This document shows, one piece after another, positions 8,415 to 17,130 of a stretch of DNA of 64,000 nt. Within the stretch, counting starts at the first letter, position 1, and the number at the start of each line of letters is the position of its first letter. Source of the DNA: an uncultured Clostridia bacterium (GTDB taxonomy: Bacteria > Bacillota > Clostridia > TANB77 > CAG-508); contig CAKPNJ010000006.1 in NCBI GenBank assembly GCA_934168365.1, positions 937-64,936 of the forward strand, given 5' to 3'. The notes under the pieces were generated by a model, which saw only the letters and a list, made by a program, of their open reading frames with translations, was not told the origin of the DNA and made no database searches. A program made the translations under genes and the position numbers.

Positions 8415-8482
8415 GTACTTTTGCGTTTTTTTACATATTAGGCAAAATAGATAATTTTATAAATAGCAAATTTTTTTATTTT

Positions 8483-9478
8483 TTATGTAATATATTTTCT
8501 ATGTGAATTTTTTACATTATTTTGATTTACCATAGCATATTCCATTGTGGTATCTATTTTTATATGCCCTAATAATTTTTGCACTTGTTCAATTGGCATT
8601 CCTTTGTCTATTGCCATTGTAGCCATTGTTCTTCTAAATTTATGTGGATGTACTTTATTTATATTTGCTTTTTTTCCTAGATTTCTAATAGCAATCTCAA
8701 TTCCTGATATTCCTAATCTGTTATATGGTTTTATAAGAGATACAAATAGTGCTTCATTGTCATCAGTTCTTGTTTCAAGATATTTCTTTATATACATTTT
8801 ACTCTTTGCACTAAAATAAACCTCTCTTTCACTATTACCTTTTCCTAAAACAATACAACTTCTTTCTTGAAAATTTATATCTGATATATTTAGTCTTGTA
8901 ATTTCTCCAACTCTCATACCAGTTGATATTAATAGTTCTAATATCGCTAAGTCTCTTACATTTGAACAAGTATCTCTTAACTTTTCCAAATTTTCATCTG
9001 TTAGTGTTTCTTTAACTCTTCTAGTTGTTTTTACTTTATGAATCCTTCTAACTGGACTTTTTACAATATAATCTTCGTTTTCCAACCAAGCAAAGAAACT
9101 TGATAATGTTCTTCTTATATTGTATATTGTTACCATACCTGCATTTGAATTACTTTTATAATCTGATAAATAGTTTCTTAATATTTCAGTAGTAATTTCA
9201 TTTATTGGAAGATTTACAGTATCAAGCATTTTATTTATATTATCTCTGTAGTAATTTAAAGTTCTTGTTGAGCACCCTTCAATTTCCTTAGATGCTATAA
9301 ATCTTTTTAAAATATCTTCATTATTTTTTTGTGTTTCTTTGCATTTAGCTTGTTCTTTTATTTCTATTTAATAATTTAAGCATATTTCTATAAGTATTTC
9401 TCTTAATTTTATTCTTTGGTTATCATCTAAGAAGTCTGCCATTTTAGTAGTTACTTCTTTGATAAATAACTCTTTCAC
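8483..9478 (-). pseudogene. tyrosine-type site-specific recombinase/integrase with an in-frame TAA in the N-terminal domain
   Basis: C-terminal catalytic region HPHKFRRTMATMAIDKG...LGHIKIDTTMEYA (ORF 8483-9229). The same frame continues upstream through KRFIASKEIEGCSTRTLNYYRDNINK, crosses a TAA at 9368-9370, and reaches a GTG at 9478 that has a GGAG RBS. Confidence 0.6.
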
Positions 9479-9505
9479 TTACATTTTCTCCTTTCTTTGT
9501 AATTA

Positions 9506-9539
9506 AAAGAAGAATAGATTTTTATTTCTATTCTTCTTT
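9506..9539 (-). terminator. intrinsic terminator-like hairpin downstream of the anti-sigma gene
   Basis: aagaagaatag-loop-ctattcttctt, flanked by an A/T run. Confidence 0.4.
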
Positions 9540-9544
9540 GGCTA

Positions 9545-10402
9545 TTATTCATTTACTATATAACCTGTTGTATCTGGTTTTACAATATCGCTATCTTTTA
9601 CAATATTAAATTTATATTCATAATCAACTACTGCATCATTTTTTCTTGTTATTTCTTTATTTGATTTTTCTATATTTCTAACTGCCAATCCTGTTTCTTT
9701 ATCTATATACCTTTCATAACTATTTCCTTTAATAACATAACACTCTTTTCCATTACAATAAGTAGAATCAATTCCTGTTATTAAGGCATATTGGAGATTT
9801 GCTAATATTCCATCTGCTACATAAGTTACAGGCAATATATATCCACCTATCATTGTTTCTGCATTTAGTACATATTTTTTTCCCTCTGATTCTGTCATAA
9901 ATAGTTGTTCTTCGCCTTTTCTATAATAAGTTATTTTTTGAATATTACTTCCATTAACAACTTTAGTAAGTGTAGTCAAGTAATCTTCTCCTTTATTATA
10001 ACTTTCTGTTATAGTTAAAGTATCTCCTCGGTATGAATATAATCTCACATAATAATTATCGTTTATTTGGTTTTCAGTTGCCTTTCCAGAAAGTGAAGAC
10101 ATTATAATTGTTCTTCTTCCTACAAGTATTACATATATCAAGATTATAATTAATAATGCATATTTTAAAATTTTTAATTTCTTATTATATTTTTTAATAT
10201 ATTTTACTTCTCTATCATCTCTTTTTGTATTACTTACTTTAATTTCTTTTTGCATATTTTCTAATACTTTTTGACATTCAGGACACACTTTTAAATGTTC
10301 CTCAATAAAACGATTTGTTTCTTCATTTGTTAAATTTTCAATGTAATTTGGCAATAAATCTTGAACAATTTTACAATTTGTTTTCTCTTTCATATTAATC
10401 AA
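9545..10402 (-). CDS. anti-sigma factor (zinc-finger, single TM, extracytoplasmic C-terminal domain)
   Basis: N-terminal HLKVCPECQ zinc finger, a TM segment, and an 8-nt overlap with the upstream ECF sigma gene. Its C-terminal domain is shared with ORF 27899-28609. Confidence 0.55.
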   Translation of the reverse strand: MINMKEKTNCKIVQDLLPNYIENLTNEETNRFIEEHLKVCPECQKVLENMQKEIKVSNTKRDDREVKYIKKYNKKLKILKYALLIIILIYVILVGRRTIIMSSLSGKATENQINDNYYVRLYSYRGDTLTITESYNKGEDYLTTLTKVVNGSNIQKITYYRKGEEQLFMTESEGKKYVLNAETMIGGYILPVTYVADGILANLQYALITGIDSTYCNGKECYVIKGNSYERYIDKETGLAVRNIEKSNKEITRKNDAVVDYEYKFNIVKDSDIVKPDTTGYIVNE

Positions 10403-10874
10403 CCTCCTTTAATTGATTTTTTCCTCGATAAAATGTTACTCTAGCCCAGTTTTCTGTTTTATTCAAAATAATTCCTATTTCTTTAAAACTAAGTTCTCCT
10501 GTTATCCTTAAATACACCACTTCTCTTGTTTTCTCATCTAAATACTGCATTTTTTTATATAGTGAAATCTTTTCATCATTTGAAATAACTTGTTCTTCTA
10601 ATGTATTTAATGCTTGTACATTTAATAAATTTGCTTCTTCTGTTTCTACAAACTTTTTATTCTTTCTACATTGGTCATACCAAAGATTTTTAGCAATTTG
10701 ACATAGCCATACTGACATCTTACATTCGCCCTTATATGTATCAATTTTCTTTACTGCTTTATAAAAAGTTTCTTGGGTAAGTTCTTCAGAAATATCATTA
10801 TTATGAGTTAAACAGAATAAGTATTTGTTTACTGTTTCAAAATATTCTTCGTATATTTTTTCCATATCCTGCAT
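10395..10874 (-). CDS. ECF-type RNA polymerase sigma factor
   Basis: Sigma-70 regions 2 and 4 (VYLRITGELSFKEIGIILN). The start is set at MQDMEK because an AGGAGGA RBS precedes it; the longest ORF extends to 10916. Confidence 0.75.
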   Translation of the reverse strand: MQDMEKIYEEYFETVNKYLFCLTHNNDISEELTQETFYKAVKKIDTYKGECKMSVWLCQIAKNLWYDQCRKNKKFVETEEANLLNVQALNTLEEQVISNDEKISLYKKMQYLDEKTREVVYLRITGELSFKEIGIILNKTENWARVTFYRGKNQLKEVD

Positions 10875-10968
10875 AACTTTTATCCTCCTTTGCATATATG
10901 ACGTATGAAATTTCATTTAGTTACAAAATTTCCAAAAAAATTTTGTATATTACATCAAAAATAGTGAA

Positions 10969-11256
10969 CTATTTGCTAATTAAGGTCAGCGTCAACTTAC
11001 TATTTTTATTTCTTTCTATTATTTTTCTGGCATACGAACATGTTGCTTCTAAATTCTTATTCAGTGTTTGAGCATTCTGTACAACATTTTCTACAAGCTT
11101 CTTAGCTATTCCTTGTCCTTGATATGCACTATCAACTTCTGTATGTGTTATATTCCAAGTATCATTTATTTCTTCAAAATCACATTCTCCAATTTGCTTA
11201 TCTAAATCGTATGCCATGGATCTTTTTTCTTCTCTTTTAAACACTATTTTAATCAT
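10969..11256 (-). CDS. small GNAT-family acetyltransferase-like protein
   Basis: 95 aa; the QGQGIAKKLV acetyl-CoA-binding-like motif. Confidence 0.45.
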   Translation of the reverse strand: MIKIVFKREEKRSMAYDLDKQIGECDFEEINDTWNITHTEVDSAYQGQGIAKKLVENVVQNAQTLNKNLEATCSYARKIIERNKNSKLTLTLISK

Positions 11257-11366
11257 AAATATCTTCCTCTTTAAATTTTTTCATGATATGTTATTTTTTA
11301 TAGAAGTGAAAATCACAACAATCTCCATCATATCCTAAAGTTTTGTTTCGTGAAAATCCTATTTTT

Positions 11367-11666
11367 TTACTTCTTAATTGGTAAACATTTGCAAGTTTCA
11401 ATTACAATTTCTTTTAATCGTTCCTTATTATCAACATCATCAACCAAATACATTGGCTTTGAACCATCATAAGGTATTGATTCCTGCATGTTATATTTTT
11501 TGTTGCTTTCTACCATCTTAACAAGTAACCTATTATCATATATTCCACCAAATAGTAAATTATTGTAATATAATAAATATTCTCCCATCATTGCTTTACA
11601 ATTTATATTATCTAATAAGCCTAATTGTTCTAAGATAAAATCTTTATATTCTTTTGATGTTGCCAT
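11367..11666 (-). CDS. TfoX/Sxy N-terminal-domain protein
   Basis: 99 aa; the KAMMGEYLLYYNNLLFGGIYDNRLLVK pattern of the TfoX_N domain. Confidence 0.5.
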   Translation of the reverse strand: MATSKEYKDFILEQLGLLDNINCKAMMGEYLLYYNNLLFGGIYDNRLLVKMVESNKKYNMQESIPYDGSKPMYLVDDVDNKERLKEIVIETCKCLPIKK

Positions 11667-11687
11667 AATAAGCCTCCTATAAATTTG

Positions 11688-12443
11688 TTATTTTACTTTG
11701 TAAATAGCTGTCAGATTCTTTTCGTCATCAGTATTTTCTTCTACATATAAAGTTCTTTCATATTTAAGATTATTTTTATTTAAACATAAATCTAGAAAAC
11801 ATAGGAATATTCCAATATCAATTTTATTGTAATATTTAACCATATCTATTGGCATAATGCCTCTTTTTCCTTCTTTCATATACCTATAAACCTTAAGTTC
11901 GTTTTTTAAAGAATCAACAATCCATGGTTGAGTATTACAAGCACTTGGTGCAAACCTTACAATATTTGCAATATCTAAATAATAATCTCCATTCCAAATT
12001 TCAGATAATTCTTTTCTTTTACTTTTATACATATCTTTTCTAAATTTAGTTTCCGAATCTACTTTTGCTATTGCAATCATTATTACAAAATCAAGTCCGT
12101 CTAATTGTTTTTCTTCTACCTTGCCAATGCCAAACCAAAGTGTGCCAATGTTTTTAGATACTAAATATAAATCTAGTTGTTCTCCTATATATCCTATGTT
12201 TTGTAAATAATTATCTTTCTTTTCTGAATAAAGTAAAATACAATATTCTTGTCCTCTTCTGCAATTTGTTGAATCTTTAACAATTTTCATCTTCACCTTA
12301 ATATCATCTACTAATGGAACCAAACTATTAAACTCATTTTCAATTTCTTTAAGTTCTTTATCTGTAATATGTTCATTTCCTATATTTCTAAACAAGTGAA
12401 AAGATTTTCTTTTAAAAATCATATTATATAAATCATTATTCAT
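11688..12443 (-). CDS. nitroreductase-family protein
   Basis: 251 aa; the SACNTQPW motif. Confidence 0.7.
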   Translation of the reverse strand: MNNDLYNMIFKRKSFHLFRNIGNEHITDKELKEIENEFNSLVPLVDDIKVKMKIVKDSTNCRRGQEYCILLYSEKKDNYLQNIGYIGEQLDLYLVSKNIGTLWFGIGKVEEKQLDGLDFVIMIAIAKVDSETKFRKDMYKSKRKELSEIWNGDYYLDIANIVRFAPSACNTQPWIVDSLKNELKVYRYMKEGKRGIMPIDMVKYYNKIDIGIFLCFLDLCLNKNNLKYERTLYVEENTDDEKNLTAIYKVK

Positions 12444-12494
12444 TTTTTTACCTCAATAACTTCTTCTTTATCTTTTCCACTATGATTATACAAT

Positions 12495-12526
12495 AAAAGA
12501 CAGATAGTTTCAATTATCTGTCTTTT
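12495..12526. repeat. palindromic intergenic element, family copy b (aaaagacagata-loop-tatctgtctttt); terminator-like
   Basis: 12-bp stem with a gtttcaat loop, immediately 3' of the small ORF 12531-12689. Confidence 0.55.
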
Positions 12527-12530
12527 ATAT

Positions 12531-12689
12531 TTATATATATCCATACTGCTTTCTGTTCTTTGCAAAGCATATTATACTAACTATAATTGCTAATATTTCA
12601 GCAAATACAACTGATAGCCATATTCCAAGTAACCATCCAACCATTATGCCTATTTGAGATAATAAAATAGTTTCTATATAAATATACAT
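12531..12689 (-). CDS. small hydrophobic membrane peptide (52 aa), hypothetical
   Basis: A GAGG RBS 7 nt upstream of the ATG. The product MYIYIETILLSQIGIMVGWLLGIWLSVVFAEILAIIVSIICFAKNRKQYGYI is followed directly by hairpin b. It falls below the ORF-track size cut-off. Confidence 0.3.
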   Translation of the reverse strand: MYIYIETILLSQIGIMVGWLLGIWLSVVFAEILAIIVSIICFAKNRKQYGYI

Positions 12690-12728
12690 TGTTACCTCAT
12701 TGTCTCTAAATTTCGTAAATAATTTATC

Positions 12729-13355
12729 TTAAATTTGTTCTAATTCAATTAATTCATTACCACTAAATGTTAATTTTAGTAAACATGGGGATTTTATATT
12801 TAATACTTTTTCATTATTATATACAAGTTTTACATCTTTATTTACATTACACCAATTTAATAAGAAAAACTTGATAGAGCCTCCATGACTAACTACTGCT
12901 ATTCTTTTTCCACAATATTCTTTAAGTATTTTATCAAAAAAAATATTCATTCTTTCTCTTGTCTGTTCTGCACTTTCGCCATCTGATGTTCTAAATGTTC
13001 TGTCTAGAAGCTGCTCTTGTGAAGGATCTCGAGTAGCCTTATCTTTCATAAATTCACCTAATTCTTTTAAATTTCCTAATTTTCTTTCACCTAAATCACT
13101 ATCTAAATTAAGAGGTAAATTGTTTACATTAGAAATATATTTGGCAGTTGCTTTTGCTCTAGTATAGTTACTTGACCATATTACATCTAGGTTCTGCAAT
13201 TCTTTATTTTCACTTAGTCTTTTGGCTTGTTCTTCTCCTGCAACTGATAATATTTCTTTTTCGTTAATTGATTGTGAATCTTCATTTGTATTTCTTATAC
13301 CATTTTCAGTAACAGTTTCTGCATGTCTTATTAAATAAACAATAGTGTTTCTCAT
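12729..13355 (-). CDS. histidine phosphatase superfamily (phosphoglycerate-mutase-like) protein
   Basis: LIRHAET (RHG motif) and VSHGG. Confidence 0.7.
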   Translation of the reverse strand: MRNTIVYLIRHAETVTENGIRNTNEDSQSINEKEILSVAGEEQAKRLSENKELQNLDVIWSSNYTRAKATAKYISNVNNLPLNLDSDLGERKLGNLKELGEFMKDKATRDPSQEQLLDRTFRTSDGESAEQTRERMNIFFDKILKEYCGKRIAVVSHGGSIKFFLLNWCNVNKDVKLVYNNEKVLNIKSPCLLKLTFSGNELIELEQI

Positions 13356-13357
13356 AA

Positions 13358-14266
13358 CTACATTTCCTTTCTGCTCTTTACGTTCCCAAATCTAACACAA
13401 ATTGATGTGAATTTTTCTCTCTTTTTATTTAATATTCCATCAAGTTCATCTGCAACATTTTTAAAATCTGCTTTCATAAAATGTGTAATTATGTATTCAG
13501 TATTTGCTATATCTTTTGAATATTTATAGCAGAATTCTCTGATTGGTGCAGAAATATCAAATACCCAAATAGGAGATACAATTATTACTTTTTTATATTG
13601 TTTTAGTTCTACATTTATATCTTCTATTGGCATTTTCCACTTGTGCATACCATATCTTCCACACCACCAAAATCCTAATGTATTTTCTGTTTTTTCTTTT
13701 GCCTTTATTTCAAGTATTTCAGCTCCTGTTTTATCTGCTTCTTCATAAGCTATTTTCTTTGTATAGCCCATTCTCGAAAAATATACAACAATGTTTTCTT
13801 CGTTTCTTCCTATGTTTTTATAGTCATTTAAGTCAAATTTGAAATTTTCTTGTGTGTAGAATACATACGTAATATAACCTGCTATTAGTTGCATTATCCC
13901 CAAAATGAAATAGGTTGTTGACAGTATATTCATTGGAAAAATAATAAATTGGATTATAATCCAAAGCATAAGTGTGAATCCAAATACTGTTCCTAATATT
14001 ATTCCTATTTTTTTGTTTTTTATAATTAAATACGCTGCTATTAAGTTTGGTATTCCATTTACTATTAATAAACATATTCCTGAAAATATGTAATTTTGAA
14101 ATAATATATCGCTAAAAGCTAATACTTGAAAATATGGTAGCATTTCATTCATTTGAAGTAATTTGCCTGTTGGATCAATTAGCATACATGCACTTCCATA
14201 AACTGCTGCAATTCCAATAAACAAACACCAAAATAGTAGAATCTTCTTAATTCTCTTATATCTCAT
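13358..14266 (-). CDS. membrane protein with a C-terminal flavodoxin-like domain
   Basis: An N-terminal stretch of about 150 aa with multiple TM helices. The C-terminal region VVYFSRMGYTKKIA...IIVSPIWVFDISAPIREF looks flavodoxin-like. Confidence 0.4.
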   Translation of the reverse strand: MRYKRIKKILLFWCLFIGIAAVYGSACMLIDPTGKLLQMNEMLPYFQVLAFSDILFQNYIFSGICLLIVNGIPNLIAAYLIIKNKKIGIILGTVFGFTLMLWIIIQFIIFPMNILSTTYFILGIMQLIAGYITYVFYTQENFKFDLNDYKNIGRNEENIVVYFSRMGYTKKIAYEEADKTGAEILEIKAKEKTENTLGFWWCGRYGMHKWKMPIEDINVELKQYKKVIIVSPIWVFDISAPIREFCYKYSKDIANTEYIITHFMKADFKNVADELDGILNKKREKFTSICVRFGNVKSRKEM

Positions 14267-14922
14267 TTTATGTTTCCTTCTTTCTGTTCTTCTGGTAATA
14301 ATTTTTTAATTGAACTTATATATATAACTAAATATGATATTGATAACAAGAATCCACCTAGTACATCACTTGTATAATGTACTCCAAGATAAATCCTGCT
14401 TATACCTATTAAACAAATTAATATACTTAATATTGTAATTAATGTCCATTTTACATATTTATTTTTGATATATCTATAAATTAAATATATCAAATATCCA
14501 TAAAAAGCCATGCTTACCATTGAATGCCCCGAAGGAAAACTATATCCTGTTTCTTCAACTATTCTAAATTCAGTTGGTCTTGGTCTTTGTAATATTCTTT
14601 TCAATAACTGATTTAAAACTGCAATAATAACTATGTTCGAAATAATTGATAGACCAATTTTTTTATTTTTTATAAATAAAAATAACATAACTGTTGCAAT
14701 TGATAAAAATATTGCCCCACCAAAATTAGTTATAAATTTTGCTATTGGTGTTACAAAATCAGATATTAAAAATGTTGATATAAGTTTATATCCAATAATG
14801 TCTCCATACATTATTTCTTTATTAAAAACATCTTCTGCTAATGCTAAAAATCCCACTAAGCAAATAAATAGTACAACCCATTTTAGATTTTTCTTTATAA
14901 ACTCTTTCCAATCTTCTTTCAT
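14263..14922 (-). CDS. PAP2-family phosphatase (phosphatidic acid / undecaprenyl-PP phosphatase-like)
   Basis: The PAP2 motifs KRILQRPRP, PSGHS and SRIYLGVHYTSDVLGG. Confidence 0.75.
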   Translation of the reverse strand: MKEDWKEFIKKNLKWVVLFICLVGFLALAEDVFNKEIMYGDIIGYKLISTFLISDFVTPIAKFITNFGGAIFLSIATVMLFLFIKNKKIGLSIISNIVIIAVLNQLLKRILQRPRPTEFRIVEETGYSFPSGHSMVSMAFYGYLIYLIYRYIKNKYVKWTLITILSILICLIGISRIYLGVHYTSDVLGGFLLSISYLVIYISSIKKLLPEEQKEGNIK

Positions 14923-14983
14923 TTTTTCGCCTCTTATTTCTTTTGTTTTTTACTAATTATTACTGCATAATTATATAATAAAT

Positions 14984-15011
14984 GGCAGATAATTTCAACC
15001 AATTATCTGCC
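14984..15011. repeat. palindromic intergenic element, family copy c (ggcagataatt-tcaacc-aattatctgcc) followed by a T-run
   Basis: 11-bp perfect stem, with a T-run at about 15016-15020. Confidence 0.55.
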
Positions 15012-15033
15012 ACACTTTTTATTTCATTTTTTA

Positions 15034-15486
15034 TTAAATTTCAAACTTATATAAACTTTCTCCTGATTTTAGCTTTTTTATAAAAACAGCTCCAAATTTT
15101 TCATAATAATTTTTCAAATTTGTTTTTAAATACAATGTTAAAAATCCTCTGTCTTTTGCTTCTTTTAATATTGCATTATTTAATATTCTCGAATATCCAT
15201 GATTTCTATATTCTTTTCTAACATACATTGTAGCATACCATGGAGTTAACTCTTTTTCTTCTTCACACTCTTCTGGGAATATTGATATAAAGCCCACTAG
15301 TTCATTATTTTCCACTAAAATCAATTTGCAAAATGCTTTATTACTAAACATACAACAAATCTTTTCTTTTTTTCTTTTAATTCTTTCTTCTTTATTTTCT
15401 TCTTTGTTGTCTGCCCATTCTTCATATTCTAATCTTGCAACTTCGTCTAGATATTCTAATTTATCTTTTAAATTATATATTGTCAT
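15034..15486 (-). CDS. GNAT-family N-acetyltransferase
   Basis: 150 aa; a typical GNAT C-terminal region (RNHGYSRILNNAILKEAKDRG). Confidence 0.6.
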   Translation of the reverse strand: MTIYNLKDKLEYLDEVARLEYEEWADNKEENKEERIKRKKEKICCMFSNKAFCKLILVENNELVGFISIFPEECEEEKELTPWYATMYVRKEYRNHGYSRILNNAILKEAKDRGFLTLYLKTNLKNYYEKFGAVFIKKLKSGESLYKFEI

Positions 15487-15498
15487 ATTTTACCTCTA

Positions 15499-16044
15499 TT
15501 ATTTGTTACATAATTCTAATACTTTTCTCATTGTATTTGCAGTTCTTATCGTTATTTTATCACTAATACTTGTACTAGCAGTTTTTGGCCACCAGTTTGT
15601 TTTTCTATATTCTTTTAATTTATAAGACCAGAAAATAATATTGTTGTATTCCTGAATTTTTTCAAGATTTTCTTTTGGCTCTCCAATAGTATTATATACC
15701 TCTTCATATTTTGTTGGTGGAATTATAAAAATCATGTTATCATATATTTCTTTGTTATTTGTTTCCCACCATTCAGGAGTATGTTTTAATATGTCTTCAA
15801 GTTCAGGTGCAGTTGTAACATAAACAGGTATTTCAAGATTAAATCTTTCTTTTATCATTCGTTGAATATTTTCTTTTATTACTTCTTTGTTATCTATTTC
15901 ACTTTGAAAAATAGCATTTCCACTGTTCAAATATGTACTTACGTTTTCAAAACCAATTTTCTCTAGTCCTGCTTTTAATTCATTCATTGATATTTTGTTT
16001 TTACCACTTATATTTATTCCTCTTAATAATACAATATATTTCAT
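15499..16044 (-). CDS. DUF1697-family protein
   Basis: The MKYIVLLRGINISGKNKISMNELK N-terminus is characteristic of DUF1697. Confidence 0.55.
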   Translation of the reverse strand: MKYIVLLRGINISGKNKISMNELKAGLEKIGFENVSTYLNSGNAIFQSEIDNKEVIKENIQRMIKERFNLEIPVYVTTAPELEDILKHTPEWWETNNKEIYDNMIFIIPPTKYEEVYNTIGEPKENLEKIQEYNNIIFWSYKLKEYRKTNWWPKTASTSISDKITIRTANTMRKVLELCNK

Positions 16045-16062
16045 TCTTTTCTCACTTTCAAT

Positions 16063-16266
16063 TTATATTTTATTGAATATAACTGTTTTTTCTTTCATTG
16101 ATATTTTGCCAACTTCATAACCATAATCTTTTAATTCTTTTTTGTAACTTAAAAAGGAATGATCTATTTCAAATCCAAGAATGTTTTTTATTTCTTCATA
16201 AGTCAGTTTATAGCTTTCCTTTTTATTTTCTTTTAGATAGTTCCATAATGGTTCATATTTACTCAT
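16063..16266 (-). CDS. hypothetical small protein (67 aa)
   Basis: ORF only; no recognisable motif. Confidence 0.25.
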   Translation of the reverse strand: MSKYEPLWNYLKENKKESYKLTYEEIKNILGFEIDHSFLSYKKELKDYGYEVGKISMKEKTVIFNKI

Positions 16267-16308
16267 ATTTTACCTCACAAATTTTCTAGTTATTATTATA
16301 TAACAGAA

Positions 16309-16338
16309 AGGCAGATACTTTCAACTAAATATCTGCCT
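16309..16338. repeat. palindromic intergenic element, family copy d (aggcagata-loop-tatctgcct) followed by a T-run
   Basis: 9-bp stem with a ctttcaactaaa loop, and a T-run at 16339-16345. Confidence 0.5.
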
Positions 16339-16416
16339 CTTTTTATATGTTATACTTTTCATCTTCTATTTCCGCTTCTAAAATAGATAAATTCACGACT
16401 TACTTATCGTAGAGTA

Positions 16417-17115
16417 TTAGACCTTTTCATATAGCACATAATCATTATTATAATTAAGCATTATTTCTTTTTCTCCACTTGGATAAACTCCTGCATTTAA
16501 TAATTCTTTTGAGTTTGTTTCTCCATCTACTTTTGGTACATAGTCTGAATCAATTAATTGGTCAATAGTTCCTATTTGAGCTGCTCCACCAATATAATCA
16601 ATTATTTTATTTGATTTAGTATATAATGTTCCATTAAATTTTACTAATGGTTCTTCTGCATATTTACCTTCTTTAAAATCTGCTACCTTTTCATATTCAC
16701 CATATTTTTTGTCATCTAGAAGTTCTATTTTTTCTATTTCTTGTAATGGTGTTGGCACTACATCTGGTATAGTTTCATCTGTAATTGTTATTGCAATATT
16801 ATTTTTTACACCTAAATCAGATACAGGTATTTTTACACCTCTCCATACAATATCAGTACTTTCTTTTATAGAAAAATTGTATTTTCCTCTCCAGTTTATG
16901 TTATTTACATCAAGTCCTGTTGCACTTATATGTATTGTTCCATTATTTTCCCTTATACTATCAATTTTTGCATAGAATGTTGTTCCTTCTGCTTTACGTA
17001 TTAATAAATCAGTTTTTGCTTTATTATATTGTCCTACTAATAAACCAATGACAAAGCTTATACAAACTGCAAATATCACTCCTATTATAATAAATGTTTT
17101 TTTCATATTTATCAC
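16417..17115 (-). CDS. membrane-anchored extracytoplasmic protein, hypothetical (possible partner of the upstream sigma-TM fusion)
   Basis: A single N-terminal TM helix followed by a soluble domain. It lies 15 nt downstream of 17131-17973. Confidence 0.35.
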   Translation of the reverse strand: MINMKKTFIIIGVIFAVCISFVIGLLVGQYNKAKTDLLIRKAEGTTFYAKIDSIRENNGTIHISATGLDVNNINWRGKYNFSIKESTDIVWRGVKIPVSDLGVKNNIAITITDETIPDVVPTPLQEIEKIELLDDKKYGEYEKVADFKEGKYAEEPLVKFNGTLYTKSNKIIDYIGGAAQIGTIDQLIDSDYVPKVDGETNSKELLNAGVYPSGEKEIMLNYNNDYVLYEKV

Positions 17116-17130
17116 CTCTTAACCTTTCTA

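Noticed and set aside
8287-8482. Canonical preQ1-I riboswitch in the yhhQ leader
   Set aside because: I could not find the short P1 hairpin plus A-rich tail consensus (AGAGGUUCUAGCUACACCCUCUAUAAAAAACUAA-like). Only a generic terminator-like hairpin is evident, so it is reported as an unclassified leader element.
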